A stretch of 64,000 nucleotides of DNA, taken from assembly GCA_043800555.1 (NCBI GenBank), contig JAZDMX010000014.1:15001-79000 (forward strand), given 5' to 3'. Position 1 is the first letter of the stretch, and each line of letters starts with the position of its first letter. The notes beneath the pieces are model-generated. The model did not search any database and was not told the origin of the DNA. It worked only from the letters and a program-made list of their open reading frames with translations. Origin of the DNA: Candidatus Omnitrophota bacterium. Lineage in GTDB: Bacteria; Omnitrophota; Gorgyraeia; Gygaellales; Profunditerraquicolaceae. Below are positions 1-9,614 of this stretch, piece by piece. A program made the translations under genes and the position numbers.

Positions 1-83
1 TCAAGGCAACGCTTAAAGACTGGGTTTGGCTTTGTTTAGCAGTAATAATATTTACCGGAGCCGTCAAATTTAATAATGGATGA
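1..83 (+). CDS. 3' end of an upstream gene (partial). The hydrophobic C-terminus suggests a possible ECF/Cbi-type transporter permease component.
   Basis: Frame-3 translation KATLKDWVWLCLAVIIFTGAVKFNNG runs to a TGA stop at 81-83 and overlaps the downstream ABC ATPase start. Confidence 0.25.
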   Translation, partial: KATLKDWVWLCLAVIIFTGAVKFNNG

Positions 84-942
84 ATTGATCTGTTCGCCGG
101 AATTCAGGCCCCGCTGTTTAGGTAGCGGCGCCGAGGGATTTATTTTTAAGCTGGATAACGTGCATTTTTCATATCTAAATAAATTTCCCGCTCTCTGCGG
201 GATAGATATGGAAATTAAAAAAGCAGAGAAAATAGCTGTCCTTGGAGCAAATGGCTCGGGAAAATCCACGCTTTTGCAGCTATTGGACGCGCTTATCTTT
301 CCGGGCAAGGGGAGCGTTGAAGCCTTTGGCCGGAAACTGCTGGAAACTGATTTTAGCGACCCGGAATTTTGCCGTTCTTTCAGGAGCAGGGTAGGCTTAG
401 TCTTCCAGAACCCGGATATCCAGCTTTTCTGCTCGACGGTAAAAGAGGATATTTATTTCGGGCCATTACAGCTGGGTGTTGAGAAAAACGAGGCAAAAAA
501 ACGGGTGGAGAGGATAACCGAAGGTTTAAGGATAGGCGATTTGCTGGATCGCGCCCCGCACCAATTAAGCGTGGGAGAGAAACGTAAAGCTGCAATCGCC
601 ACTGTTTTGGCGATTGAGCCGGAAGTTATCCTTTTGGACGAGCCGACAGCCGGCCTTGACCCGCAGACCGCCAGGCATATAATAGACATTATCATCGAAG
701 CCAATGAGCGCGGAAAAACCATTATCACCGCTACCCACGATTTGCATATCGTGGAAGAAATAGCGGATACAGTTTATATTTTAAGCCGGGAGAAACGGGT
801 AGCCAGGTTTGGCCCCGCGGATAAATTATTATCCGACACAGGTCTTTTGCAGGAGCATAATTTGACGCATATCCACAAGCATAAGCATAATGGCCAGGCG
901 CATATTCATTCGCATCAGCACTTGGACCATCATGAGCATTAA
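76..942 (+). CDS. ABC transporter ATP-binding protein of the ECF/CbiO type, with a His-rich C-terminal tail.
   Basis: Walker A GANGSGKST, ABC signature LSVGEKRKA and Walker B ILLDEPTAGLD are all present. The C-terminus reads HIHKHKHNGQAHIHSHQHLDHHEH. Confidence 0.8.
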   Translation: MDELICSPEFRPRCLGSGAEGFIFKLDNVHFSYLNKFPALCGIDMEIKKAEKIAVLGANGSGKSTLLQLLDALIFPGKGSVEAFGRKLLETDFSDPEFCRSFRSRVGLVFQNPDIQLFCSTVKEDIYFGPLQLGVEKNEAKKRVERITEGLRIGDLLDRAPHQLSVGEKRKAAIATVLAIEPEVILLDEPTAGLDPQTARHIIDIIIEANERGKTIITATHDLHIVEEIADTVYILSREKRVARFGPADKLLSDTGLLQEHNLTHIHKHKHNGQAHIHSHQHLDHHEH

Positions 943-951
943 AAGGAAGAC

Positions 952-2127
952 ATGAAAAAGAGGCCATTATTTGTTTTCGCGTTTTTAATCCCGGCGTTAT
1001 TTCTGGCTTTAAGCAAAGCGCAGGGGGAGGAATTGCCCAAGCTGTTAGTTTTTCATTCACCGGCCTGCCATAGGTGCCTAGAAGTAAAAAAAGATATCCT
1101 GCCTCAAGTAGAGGATGCGTTTAAGGGTAAGATCAAGGTGGAATATTATGATATTTCCGATATCAAGAATTATGCCTTTTTGTTCGGGCTTAAAGAAAAA
1201 TACAGCAAGAATTTCGAACTGGATTTGCCGGTATTTTTTATCAATGGGCAGTTGGTAAACGGAAAAGGGGATGTAAAGAGTAACCTGGAAATAGCTATCA
1301 ATGTCGCCCTGGGAGAGTCGCAAAGAAGCGAGTCGGCCCTGGCGGTAGATTTAGTCAGGCATTTTAACGGTTTTAAGCCTTTGGCTATCGCCAGCTCCGG
1401 ATTAATCGACGGAATCAACCCTTGCGCCTTTACGGTCATCGTATTCTTTATTTCCTATTTGGCTTTTCAGGGCTATAGAAGGCTTGAGCTTATAATTATC
1501 GGCCTGACTTTTATATTCGCCGTATTCTGCACCTATTTATTGATTGGTTTGGGGATATTTAATTTTCTTTACCAGCTCGATAGTTTTTGGGTTATCTCCA
1601 AGGTCTTTAATATTTTGATCGGGATATTCAGCTTAATACTGGGTGGGGCGGCTATTTACGATTTATTAAAATTCAGGAAAACGCTTGATACGGAAGGCTT
1701 GCTTTTACAATTGCCGAAAGCGGTTAAAAACCAGATTCATTCCATAATCGGTTCGCATTATCGTAAAACAGGCGCGCTAGAAGCAACAAAAAAGACGGTA
1801 TTCGGGCGTTTGGCCAGGTTGTCCGTAAGCGCCCTTATCACCGGGTTTTTGGTTTCTATACTGGAAGCGGTTTGCACCGGGCAGCTTTATCTTCCGGTAA
1901 TTACCTTTATATTAAAATCCACGCCGCTTAAATTAAAGGCTTTAGGGTATCTGGTAGTTTACAATATTATGTTTATTGTCCCGTTATTTATAATATTCCT
2001 TTTGGCTTTGTTTGGAGTGACTTCGGGGCAATTCGCCCAATTCATCAAAAAGCACATGGTTACCGTAAAAGTCCTTATGAGTATTATGTTCATCGGTTTA
2101 GGGGTATTTTTAATCTGGAGGGGGTAG
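952..2127 (+). CDS. Exported thioredoxin-like domain fused to a DsbD/CcdA-like polytopic membrane domain.
   Basis: A signal peptide is followed by a CxxC motif (HSPACHRCLEV), then multiple TM helices carrying single Cys residues (GINPCAF, EAVCTGQ) as in DsbD-family proteins. Confidence 0.45.
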   Translation: MKKRPLFVFAFLIPALFLALSKAQGEELPKLLVFHSPACHRCLEVKKDILPQVEDAFKGKIKVEYYDISDIKNYAFLFGLKEKYSKNFELDLPVFFINGQLVNGKGDVKSNLEIAINVALGESQRSESALAVDLVRHFNGFKPLAIASSGLIDGINPCAFTVIVFFISYLAFQGYRRLELIIIGLTFIFAVFCTYLLIGLGIFNFLYQLDSFWVISKVFNILIGIFSLILGGAAIYDLLKFRKTLDTEGLLLQLPKAVKNQIHSIIGSHYRKTGALEATKKTVFGRLARLSVSALITGFLVSILEAVCTGQLYLPVITFILKSTPLKLKALGYLVVYNIMFIVPLFIIFLLALFGVTSGQFAQFIKKHMVTVKVLMSIMFIGLGVFLIWRG

Positions 2128-2514
2128 ATGAAGGGCTTTGCGGGTTTTGGGTCGCGGGTTTTCCGCCTGGCTACGGTTTTATTTCTTACATATACGGTTT
2201 CTCTTGCCGGTCAGATTGACCCTTATACCTGGGATTTTGGGCAAGTCAAGCAGGGAGAGGTACTCTTGCATAAGTTTACCTTAAAGAATGAGTCTGCCCA
2301 GAAGCTAAGGATTACGGGAGTAAATACCTCCTGCGGCTACACTGTTTCAGAGGCCAAATCCAGGGTCCTGCTCCCGCAGGAATCTACCGAAATCGAGGTT
2401 AAATTCAATTCCAAAGGTTATGCGGGCCCGGTGCAGCAGTTTGTATATGTTAATACCGATTCCATTGACAAGCCGCTGATTAGGTTTATAATTAAAGCTG
2501 ATGTAGCTAATTAA
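2128..2514 (+). CDS. DUF1573-family secreted or lipoprotein.
   Basis: N-terminal signal sequence and the family-typical motifs FGQVKQGE...TSCGYTV. Confidence 0.5.
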   Translation: MKGFAGFGSRVFRLATVLFLTYTVSLAGQIDPYTWDFGQVKQGEVLLHKFTLKNESAQKLRITGVNTSCGYTVSEAKSRVLLPQESTEIEVKFNSKGYAGPVQQFVYVNTDSIDKPLIRFIIKADVAN

Positions 2515-2531
2515 GAAGGAGCGTGATTTAA

Positions 2532-3497
2532 ATGTGGTCTCTACAATTAAGGATGTGGTTATTGTTGACGGTGCTTTTCGGTTTTATCTATGCGGCCAGC
2601 GTTGTCATAGGCAGGTCTTTTTTGCACTTCGGGGGTTTTAGCTTTTATCTGGTTATATCCCTGGTGCTTATGTTTATCCAGTATATGATCGGGCCCAAGA
2701 TAGTCGAGTGGACCATGCGGGTTAAATACCTCAAGCGGGCGGATAACCCGAGGCTGTTTCAAATGGTTGAAAGCCTGGCTATGCGCGCCAATATCCCTGC
2801 GCCTAAAATAGGCATTGCCCAGATTGAGATCCCCAATGCTTTTGCTTTCGGCAGAAGCCTTGGAGATGGCAGGGTCTGCGTTACGCAAGGGATATTGAAT
2901 TTACTTAGCGACGAAGAACTGAAGGCGGTCTTGGGCCATGAGCTGACGCATTTGAAAAACAGGGATGTTTTGACGATTACGCTACTTTCGGTAATCCCTA
3001 TGGTTATGTATAGGATCGCCTGGCAGTTCCTTTTTTTTGGCCGCAGGCGCGATAGCGACAGGGGAGGCAATACCGTTTTAATCGGGTTGGCAGCGTTTAT
3101 TTTTTATTTTATCACCAATCTTTTGGTCCTTTACGCCTCCCGGATTCGCGAATATTTTGCGGACAGGGGCTCGCTAGCTTTAGGAAATCAGCCTTCGGTG
3201 CTTGCTTCAAGCCTGTATAAGCTTGTTTATGGTTCAGCGCGGATGAGCCCGGAATCATTGCGGGAGTCCGAAGGGCTTAAGGCCTTTTTCGTAAATGACC
3301 CATCGCAGGCCAGAAACGAAATTAAAGAATTGTCCCAGCTTGATTTGGATAAAAGCGGGACAATCGATCCTTCGGAGTTGGCGCTTTTGAGGAACAAAAA
3401 CGTACGCTTAGGGGCCGGGGACAGGCTAATGGAACTTTTAAGCACCCATCCAAATATGCTTAAGCGCATAAAGAAGCTATCGGAATACAAGGGTTAG
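2532..3497 (+). CDS. htpX: M48 zinc metalloprotease of the HtpX family with a C-terminal EF-hand-like loop.
   Basis: HELTH (HExxH) motif, four TM segments, and a C-terminal DLDKSGTIDPSE loop that matches an EF-hand. Confidence 0.7.
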   Translation: MWSLQLRMWLLLTVLFGFIYAASVVIGRSFLHFGGFSFYLVISLVLMFIQYMIGPKIVEWTMRVKYLKRADNPRLFQMVESLAMRANIPAPKIGIAQIEIPNAFAFGRSLGDGRVCVTQGILNLLSDEELKAVLGHELTHLKNRDVLTITLLSVIPMVMYRIAWQFLFFGRRRDSDRGGNTVLIGLAAFIFYFITNLLVLYASRIREYFADRGSLALGNQPSVLASSLYKLVYGSARMSPESLRESEGLKAFFVNDPSQARNEIKELSQLDLDKSGTIDPSELALLRNKNVRLGAGDRLMELLSTHPNMLKRIKKLSEYKG

Positions 3498-3514
3498 CCA
3501 AATAGGTTAAATAA

Positions 3515-3568
3515 GGACAGCGGCTGTTTTTCCGGTTTTCTCTCTGCGGAAAAAACGGCCGCTGTTCC
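3515..3568 (+). terminator. Long imperfect hairpin downstream of htpX; putative terminator.
   Basis: ggacagcggctgtttttccgg ... cggaaaaaacggccgctgttcc forms an inverted repeat with an 11-nt loop. Confidence 0.4.
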
Positions 3569-3716
3569 TATTTAGCGTTCAAGAAGCTCGCAGGCATATG
3601 TTCGCGAATGTACGGCGGCAGGCCCCTTACTTATCCGCAGGGCGAATAGCCCGAGGATAAGTAAGGCGGCGACGCGGCAGGACCCGCCACAGTAGACTTT
3701 CGCAGGGTTCATAAAG

Positions 3717-5078
3717 TAAAATATATTTCGCACTTTGACATTGCCAGATAAATAAAAAAGGCATATCCTCTTAGGTTGATAAACTCGTAATTTATTAACC
3801 TAACCGGCCCTTACGGGCCAGCAAAGGAGGATACGCCTTATGAGCAAGTCAGTAAATTTTTCTACAGATAATCTACCAAAGCAATGGCAATATGTAAAGC
3901 GTAACTTACGAGAGATGGGCATAGTGAGTCAAGCAGGAATTGAAGATATAGAAGTTCGGGCCCGGCTTGTAGTAGAAGCATTCTTTCAGCGGGGTGTATT
4001 TGCCGAATTCCGCCAGCAGCTCAAGGCAGATGTATATGAGCGCGCCGATGAGCGGGAAGACATTCGTTCAGGGACCTACGCGCGGTATTTCACGACTACG
4101 TTTGGCAGGGCAAGGCTATTAATTCCAAAGGTCAGGAAGAAGAGCAAGGAGTATTTCTATAATCTTTTCGCCAAGTATCAGCGCCGGCAGGAGAAGTTTG
4201 ACGATATGGTAGTGTTATCCATGCTGCTAGGGTTCTCTACTCGCAAGCAGCAAAAATTCTTCCGTGCTTTTATCGGTGATTCGGTGAGCCATCAGACAGC
4301 CTCAAGGTTGTTGCATGGCCTTGCCGATGATCTACGCGTCTATCAAACCAAGCCAATAGAAGATAGATACCGGTTCCTTCTTCTAGACGGGTTATGGGTG
4401 CATATCAAAGAGATAGACATCAAGAAGAGGCCTATTCTCTTTGCCTTAGGTATAACTAAAGACGGTAAACAGGAGATTATCGCCTTTAAATTAGCCAAGG
4501 GCGAGACCGAAGAAGAATATACGGCCTTCCTCAACGATCTATACCGTAGAGGGCTCTTGGGTAAGTCGTTGGAATTGATTATTCAGGACGGTTCAGAGGC
4601 AATAACTGCCGCAGTTAATACTGTCTATCCCTATACGCCACGGCAACGCTGTTATACGCATAAGCTTAGGAATCTCTTGCAGAATATCCGGCACAAGATT
4701 AAACACAGGCCTAAGATGGCGCGTCAAGCCAGCAACATCTACAAAGCATCCTCCCGGCAGGAGGCCATCAGGCGCTTCAGGATTTTTGTCAACCGTTGGC
4801 GGCACATTGAGCCGAGGGCAACTAAATGCTTCCAGGATGAATTTTATCATACACTTAACTTCTATGACTTCCCGAAAGCAGTGCGCTCTGCCATATCCAC
4901 CACTAACCATTTAGAGCGCTTCCTTGAAGAGATTAGAAGGCGGATTAAGATTCAAGGCTATTTTAAGAACGAACGCAGCCTAAATCTTTGGATGTTTGGG
5001 CTTATAAAGCATATAAATTTAAACCCAATCCAACAACCTAAGGGCTACGCTTCAAAGCAAAAGTGCGAAATAATCCTT
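3717..5078 (+). mobile_element. IS256-family insertion sequence, about 1.36 kb, apparently intact.
   Basis: Imperfect terminal inverted repeats at 3717-3736 and 5058-5076 (RC ggattatttcgcactttt vs tatatttcgcacttt), a 13-nt core aaagtgcgaaata enclosing a single mutator-type transposase gene. The right IR overlaps the 3' end of the transposase ORF, as is typical for IS256. Confidence 0.7.
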
Positions 5079-5084
5079 GCTTAA
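3840..5084 (+). CDS. IS256-family (mutator-type) transposase.
   Basis: 414 aa, with the conserved IS256 transposase core (LLDGLWVHIKE, IIQDGSEAITAAV, RCYTHKLRNLL). Confidence 0.85.
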   Translation: MSKSVNFSTDNLPKQWQYVKRNLREMGIVSQAGIEDIEVRARLVVEAFFQRGVFAEFRQQLKADVYERADEREDIRSGTYARYFTTTFGRARLLIPKVRKKSKEYFYNLFAKYQRRQEKFDDMVVLSMLLGFSTRKQQKFFRAFIGDSVSHQTASRLLHGLADDLRVYQTKPIEDRYRFLLLDGLWVHIKEIDIKKRPILFALGITKDGKQEIIAFKLAKGETEEEYTAFLNDLYRRGLLGKSLELIIQDGSEAITAAVNTVYPYTPRQRCYTHKLRNLLQNIRHKIKHRPKMARQASNIYKASSRQEAIRRFRIFVNRWRHIEPRATKCFQDEFYHTLNFYDFPKAVRSAISTTNHLERFLEEIRRRIKIQGYFKNERSLNLWMFGLIKHINLNPIQQPKGYASKQKCEIILA

Positions 5085-5101
5085 CTTTTCGCTAAATAAC
5101 C

Positions 5102-5130
5102 TTGACAAGGGGCGGGCTAAATGGTATAGT
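5102..5130 (+). promoter_or_regulatory. Sigma70-like promoter for the pyr operon.
   Basis: TTGACA, a 17-nt spacer, then TATAGT. Confidence 0.4.
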
Positions 5131-5216
5131 TAACCAATACAGAAAGGACCTTTAAGCCGGCTCATGAGAAGCCGATAAGGCGGATAAGATGAAAAACCGA
5201 GCATTAAAAATCAAGG

Positions 5217-5248
5217 ACCCTTGGGAGATGACCCGAGGGTATTTTTTT
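5217..5248 (+). terminator. Leader hairpin plus U-tract upstream of pyrR; candidate PyrR-controlled attenuator.
   Basis: The stem acccttggg/cccgagggt is followed by TTTTTTT, about 120 nt upstream of the pyrR start. Confidence 0.4.
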
Positions 5249-5334
5249 ATCTTTGGGACGGCCGGCTTAATGGCCGAAGATAAAGTTTTTGCGTGATCGC
5301 AGGCAAAAGGTTATCCTCTAAGCCGCGCTGGTAA

Positions 5335-5907
<573 letters not shown>

Positions 5908-5947
5908 GTTATTAGCTGATAGGTAAAACTATGGGCTATGAGCTAAC

Positions 5948-6892
5948 ATGACCTGGACTAGAAAAGATTTATTAGGCTTAGAAGAACTGGCTAAAGAAGA
6001 AATCGAGCTGGTGCTTTCTACCGCCGAGAGCTTTAAAGAGATTTCAACCCGCGAGATCAAAAAAGTACCGGCGTTGCGCGGGAAAACAGTGGTAAATTTA
6101 TTTTACGAACCTTCTACCCGCACCCGCGTTTCCTTTGAAGTGGCCGCCAAAAGATTATCCGCGGACGTAATCAATATTGCTTCAGAAACCTCCAGCGTCA
6201 GAAAAGGGGAAACGCTTATTGATACAGGAAGGAACATCGAAGCCTTGAAGGCCGATATCATCGTCATGCGCCATAATTGCAGCGGCGCTTCAGCCATGCT
6301 TAGCCGCAATGTAAATTTAAGCGTTGTAAATGCCGGGGATGGCTGGCATGAGCACCCTACCCAGGCCTTGCTGGATATCTTTACATTAAAAGAAAGGCTA
6401 GGGAGAATAGAAGGCTTACGCGTAAGCATTGTTGGCGACATCGCGCATTCGCGGGTAGCCCGTTCCAATATTTGGGGGTTAATAAAGCTGGGGGCACAAG
6501 TAACGGTTTGCGCGCCAAAAATGCTGATACCTCCGGGAATCGAAGGCATGGGCGTAACTGTGTCTAATGATATAGATTTTGCCCTTAAAGATGCGGATGC
6601 GGTAAACGTTTTAAGGATGCAATTTGAGCGCGACGGCCAAACAGCCTTTCCGAAGCAGTTGGAATATTTCAGGGAATTCGGGGTCACCGAAGAGAGGTTA
6701 AAGAAGGCAAAAAAAGACATCATCGTAATGCATCCCGGGCCGATAAACCGCGGCATTGAAATGTCCAGCGCGGTAGCCGACGGAGCGCATTCCGTGATCC
6801 TGGATCAGGTTACCAATGGCATCGCGGTAAGAATGGCGGTGTTATTTCTGGTAGCGCAAGCTAATGATAAAATCAACGGAGGGCCGGGGTGA
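5948..6892 (+). CDS. pyrB: Aspartate carbamoyltransferase catalytic subunit.
   Basis: STRTR and HPTQ-like motifs of the ATCase/OTCase family; operon context. Confidence 0.85.
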   Translation: MTWTRKDLLGLEELAKEEIELVLSTAESFKEISTREIKKVPALRGKTVVNLFYEPSTRTRVSFEVAAKRLSADVINIASETSSVRKGETLIDTGRNIEALKADIIVMRHNCSGASAMLSRNVNLSVVNAGDGWHEHPTQALLDIFTLKERLGRIEGLRVSIVGDIAHSRVARSNIWGLIKLGAQVTVCAPKMLIPPGIEGMGVTVSNDIDFALKDADAVNVLRMQFERDGQTAFPKQLEYFREFGVTEERLKKAKKDIIVMHPGPINRGIEMSSAVADGAHSVILDQVTNGIAVRMAVLFLVAQANDKINGGPG

Positions 6893-8166
6893 AAATATTG
6901 ATTAAAGGCGCCAGAGTAGTTGACCCGGGGAATAAGCTTGACGAAACAATGGACATACTGGTAGAGGGCGCCAAGGTGGCCAGGGTGGCCAAAAATATCC
7001 AGGTTGAGGCACAGGAGATAATTGCGGCGCAAGGAAAGATTGTTATGCCGGGCATAGTAGATATGCACGTGCATTTAAGGGAGCCGGGCCGGGAAGACAA
7101 AGAAACCGTCTGCAGCGGCTCCAGGGCCGCTCTGGCCGGCGGAGTTACCAGCATTTTAGCTATGCCGAATACTGACCCGGCTATGGACTCCGTCGAGCAT
7201 ATAAAAATTCTTAGGGAGGCTATCCAGAAGAGCGCCAAGAATAATGTTTTTATCTGCGCGGCAATCACTAAGGGCAGGCAGGGGCAGGAGCTAAACGATA
7301 TAGCCGGACTTAAGAAATCCGGAGCAGTAGCCGTTTCTGACGACGGCGCGTCAGTGGAATCGGATAATGTAATGCTAGAATGCCTAAGAGCCGCTAAAAA
7401 AGAAGGAATTTTAGTGGTTTGCCACTCGGAAGATAAAAAACTTTCCAATGGCGGCCAGGTAAACCTGGGTTTTACCTCTACGCGTTTGGGGCTGCGCGGC
7501 GTGCCAGCCGAATCCGAATATAAAAGAATAAGCCGCGATATCGAACTGGCAGAAAAATCAGGCGCCAGTATTCATATTGCCCATATTAGCTGTAAGGAAT
7601 CGGTTGAAATCATTGCCAAGGCCAAGAAAAAGGGGATAAAGGTTACCTGCGAAACCGCTCCGCACTATTTTACTTTTAGCGACGAGGCAGTTCTGGGCTA
7701 CGATACTAATTTCAAGATGAACCCGCCCTTGAGGGCTAAGGCTGATGTTTTGGCTATACGCAGAGGTTTGGCCGACGGCACAATCGATGTCATTGCTTCC
7801 GACCACGCCCCGCATACCGAGAACGAAAAGGATATTGAGTTTGAGCGCGCGGAATTCGGGGTAATAGGCCTGGAAACGGAACTCTCTGCCGCCGTGACCG
7901 AGCTTATCGGCAATAATTTATTGAACTGGACTAAATTGGTTGAGAAGATGTCGTTAAACCCCGGCCGGATTTTAGGGATCGGCAAGGGGACTTTAAGCGT
8001 GGGAGCGGATGCGGATATCCTCGTGGTTGACCCCGGGAAAGAGTGGGTAGTAAAAAGAGAAAAGTTTTTATCCAAATCAAAAAACTCGCCTTTTCTCAAC
8101 CGCGCGCTTAAGGGTTTTGTCGAGTACACTCTTTGCAACGGAAAGGCGCACAAATGGAATTCATAG
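6889..8166 (+). CDS. pyrC: Dihydroorotase.
   Basis: DMHVHLREPG metal-binding motif of the amidohydrolase fold, 425 aa. Confidence 0.8.
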   Translation: MKILIKGARVVDPGNKLDETMDILVEGAKVARVAKNIQVEAQEIIAAQGKIVMPGIVDMHVHLREPGREDKETVCSGSRAALAGGVTSILAMPNTDPAMDSVEHIKILREAIQKSAKNNVFICAAITKGRQGQELNDIAGLKKSGAVAVSDDGASVESDNVMLECLRAAKKEGILVVCHSEDKKLSNGGQVNLGFTSTRLGLRGVPAESEYKRISRDIELAEKSGASIHIAHISCKESVEIIAKAKKKGIKVTCETAPHYFTFSDEAVLGYDTNFKMNPPLRAKADVLAIRRGLADGTIDVIASDHAPHTENEKDIEFERAEFGVIGLETELSAAVTELIGNNLLNWTKLVEKMSLNPGRILGIGKGTLSVGADADILVVDPGKEWVVKREKFLSKSKNSPFLNRALKGFVEYTLCNGKAHKWNS

Positions 8167-9392
8167 CCGATTTTCATATTCATTCCAAATACTCCCGGGC
8201 AACCAGCCGCAATATGGATGTTAAGAATTTAAGCGAGTGGGCAAAGCTCAAAGGCATAACCCTGATGGGAACGGGTGACTTCACCCATCATCTATGGCTG
8301 GAGGAGCTAAAACACTCTTTGGAAGATTGCGGGAACGGACTGTATCATTATAACGGCGTATATTTTATCCTTACTGCCGAAGTCAGCAGCATCTACTCCA
8401 AGAAGGGCAAGACCTACCGCATACACAACCTTATTTTCAGCCCGTCATTCAAAACTACGGATAAGATAAATGAGAAGCTCGGCAGAATCGGCAACCTGGC
8501 TAGCGATGGCCGTCCAATACTGGGCTTGGATGCGGCAGAGCTCGCGCGCATAGTCTTTGATATAGACGAGAATTGCATGATCGTACCCGGGCATATTTGG
8601 ACTCCGTGGTTTAGTTTGTTTGGTTCGATGTCGGGGTTTGATAAAATAGAGGATTGTTTCGAAGAGCAGACGCCCAAAATATTTGCCCTGGAGACCGGGC
8701 TATCCAGCGATCCGGCGATGAATTGGAGGTTGAGCGCTTTAGATAAATTCACGCTCATATCCAACAGCGATTCGCATTCGCCGCAGAAGATCGGGCGCGA
8801 GGCCAATGTGTTTAATTGCGAGCTGGACTATAAAACAATCCGCGAAGTCCTCAAAATCAAGGACAAAAGCAAATTCTTATACACTATTGAGTTTTTTCCT
8901 GAAGAGGGCAAGTATCATTTTGACGGCCATCGGCTTTGCGGGGTCCGTTGGTCCCCAAAGGAAACCCGGGAACACGCGGGGAAGTGTTTGAAGTGCGGCA
9001 AGCCTGTTACGGTGGGGGTAGTTAACCGCGTAGAAAGATTAGCGGATAGGCCGGAAGGGTTTAAGCCGGAGAGCGCCGTGCCTTTTAAGAACCTTATTCC
9101 CCTAGAAGAGATAATAGCCGATGCCAGGGGGGTGGGTAAGGCAAGCTTAGCCGTTGAGCGTGATTATCATAATTGTTTGAGCAAATTCGGCACAGAATTT
9201 GAGATTCTGATGCGCGCCTCAAAGCAGGATTTACTTAAAGGCTTGCCCTCTAAAGTTGCTGAAGGTGTTTTAAGGGTGCGCGAAGGAAAAGTTGATATTA
9301 AAGCCGGATATGACGGGGAATACGGGATAATTTCCATCTTTGGGAAAGAAGGCCCCGGGTTGAGAAGCGAACAACAATTAAGTTTGTTTTAA
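8133..9392 (+). CDS. PHP-domain nuclease resembling endonuclease Q (TIGR00375-like) with a C-terminal zinc ribbon. The true start is probably M at 8154 (MEFIADFHIHS).
   Basis: FHIHSKYSRATS...GTGDFTHHLW matches a PHP metal site, and a C-terminal CLKCGKP zinc-ribbon motif is present. Confidence 0.5.
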   Translation: MQRKGAQMEFIADFHIHSKYSRATSRNMDVKNLSEWAKLKGITLMGTGDFTHHLWLEELKHSLEDCGNGLYHYNGVYFILTAEVSSIYSKKGKTYRIHNLIFSPSFKTTDKINEKLGRIGNLASDGRPILGLDAAELARIVFDIDENCMIVPGHIWTPWFSLFGSMSGFDKIEDCFEEQTPKIFALETGLSSDPAMNWRLSALDKFTLISNSDSHSPQKIGREANVFNCELDYKTIREVLKIKDKSKFLYTIEFFPEEGKYHFDGHRLCGVRWSPKETREHAGKCLKCGKPVTVGVVNRVERLADRPEGFKPESAVPFKNLIPLEEIIADARGVGKASLAVERDYHNCLSKFGTEFEILMRASKQDLLKGLPSKVAEGVLRVREGKVDIKAGYDGEYGIISIFGKEGPGLRSEQQLSLF

Positions 9393-9456
9393 TATAAAAA
9401 TAAGCGCCTGTGGTTCGGCAGAAGCTCGCCACACGGCGAAAAGCAGAGTAAATTAA

Positions 9457-9528
9457 GCGCCTGTAGCGCAACGGATAGCGCACTGGCCTCCGGAGCCAGT
9501 TGTGACAGTTCGATTCTGTCCAGGCGCA
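9457..9528 (+). tRNA. tRNA-Arg (anticodon CCG).
   Basis: Cloverleaf with acceptor GCGCCTG/CAGGCGC, D-arm GCGC-AACGGATA-GCGC, anticodon stem CTGGC/GCCAG with loop CUCCGGA, and T-arm GACAG-TTCGATT-CTGTC. No encoded CCA. Confidence 0.8.
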
Positions 9529-9614
9529 CAAAAATAACCGCATCCAGCATTGATCGGCACCCGGTCCGGATAAGATCCAGGCCAATGTTCGCCCGGTGAT
9601 GAATAGTTACCCTG

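Noticed and set aside
6103-7448. Minus-strand ORFs of 217 and 191 aa.
   Set aside because: Antisense to pyrB/pyrC, with no motifs.
9401-9456. Partial duplicate of the tRNA-Arg 5' end (TAAGCGCCTGT repeated ~55 nt upstream).
   Set aside because: Only a 12-nt match with no cloverleaf. It could be an att-like scar, but that is not supportable from this alone.
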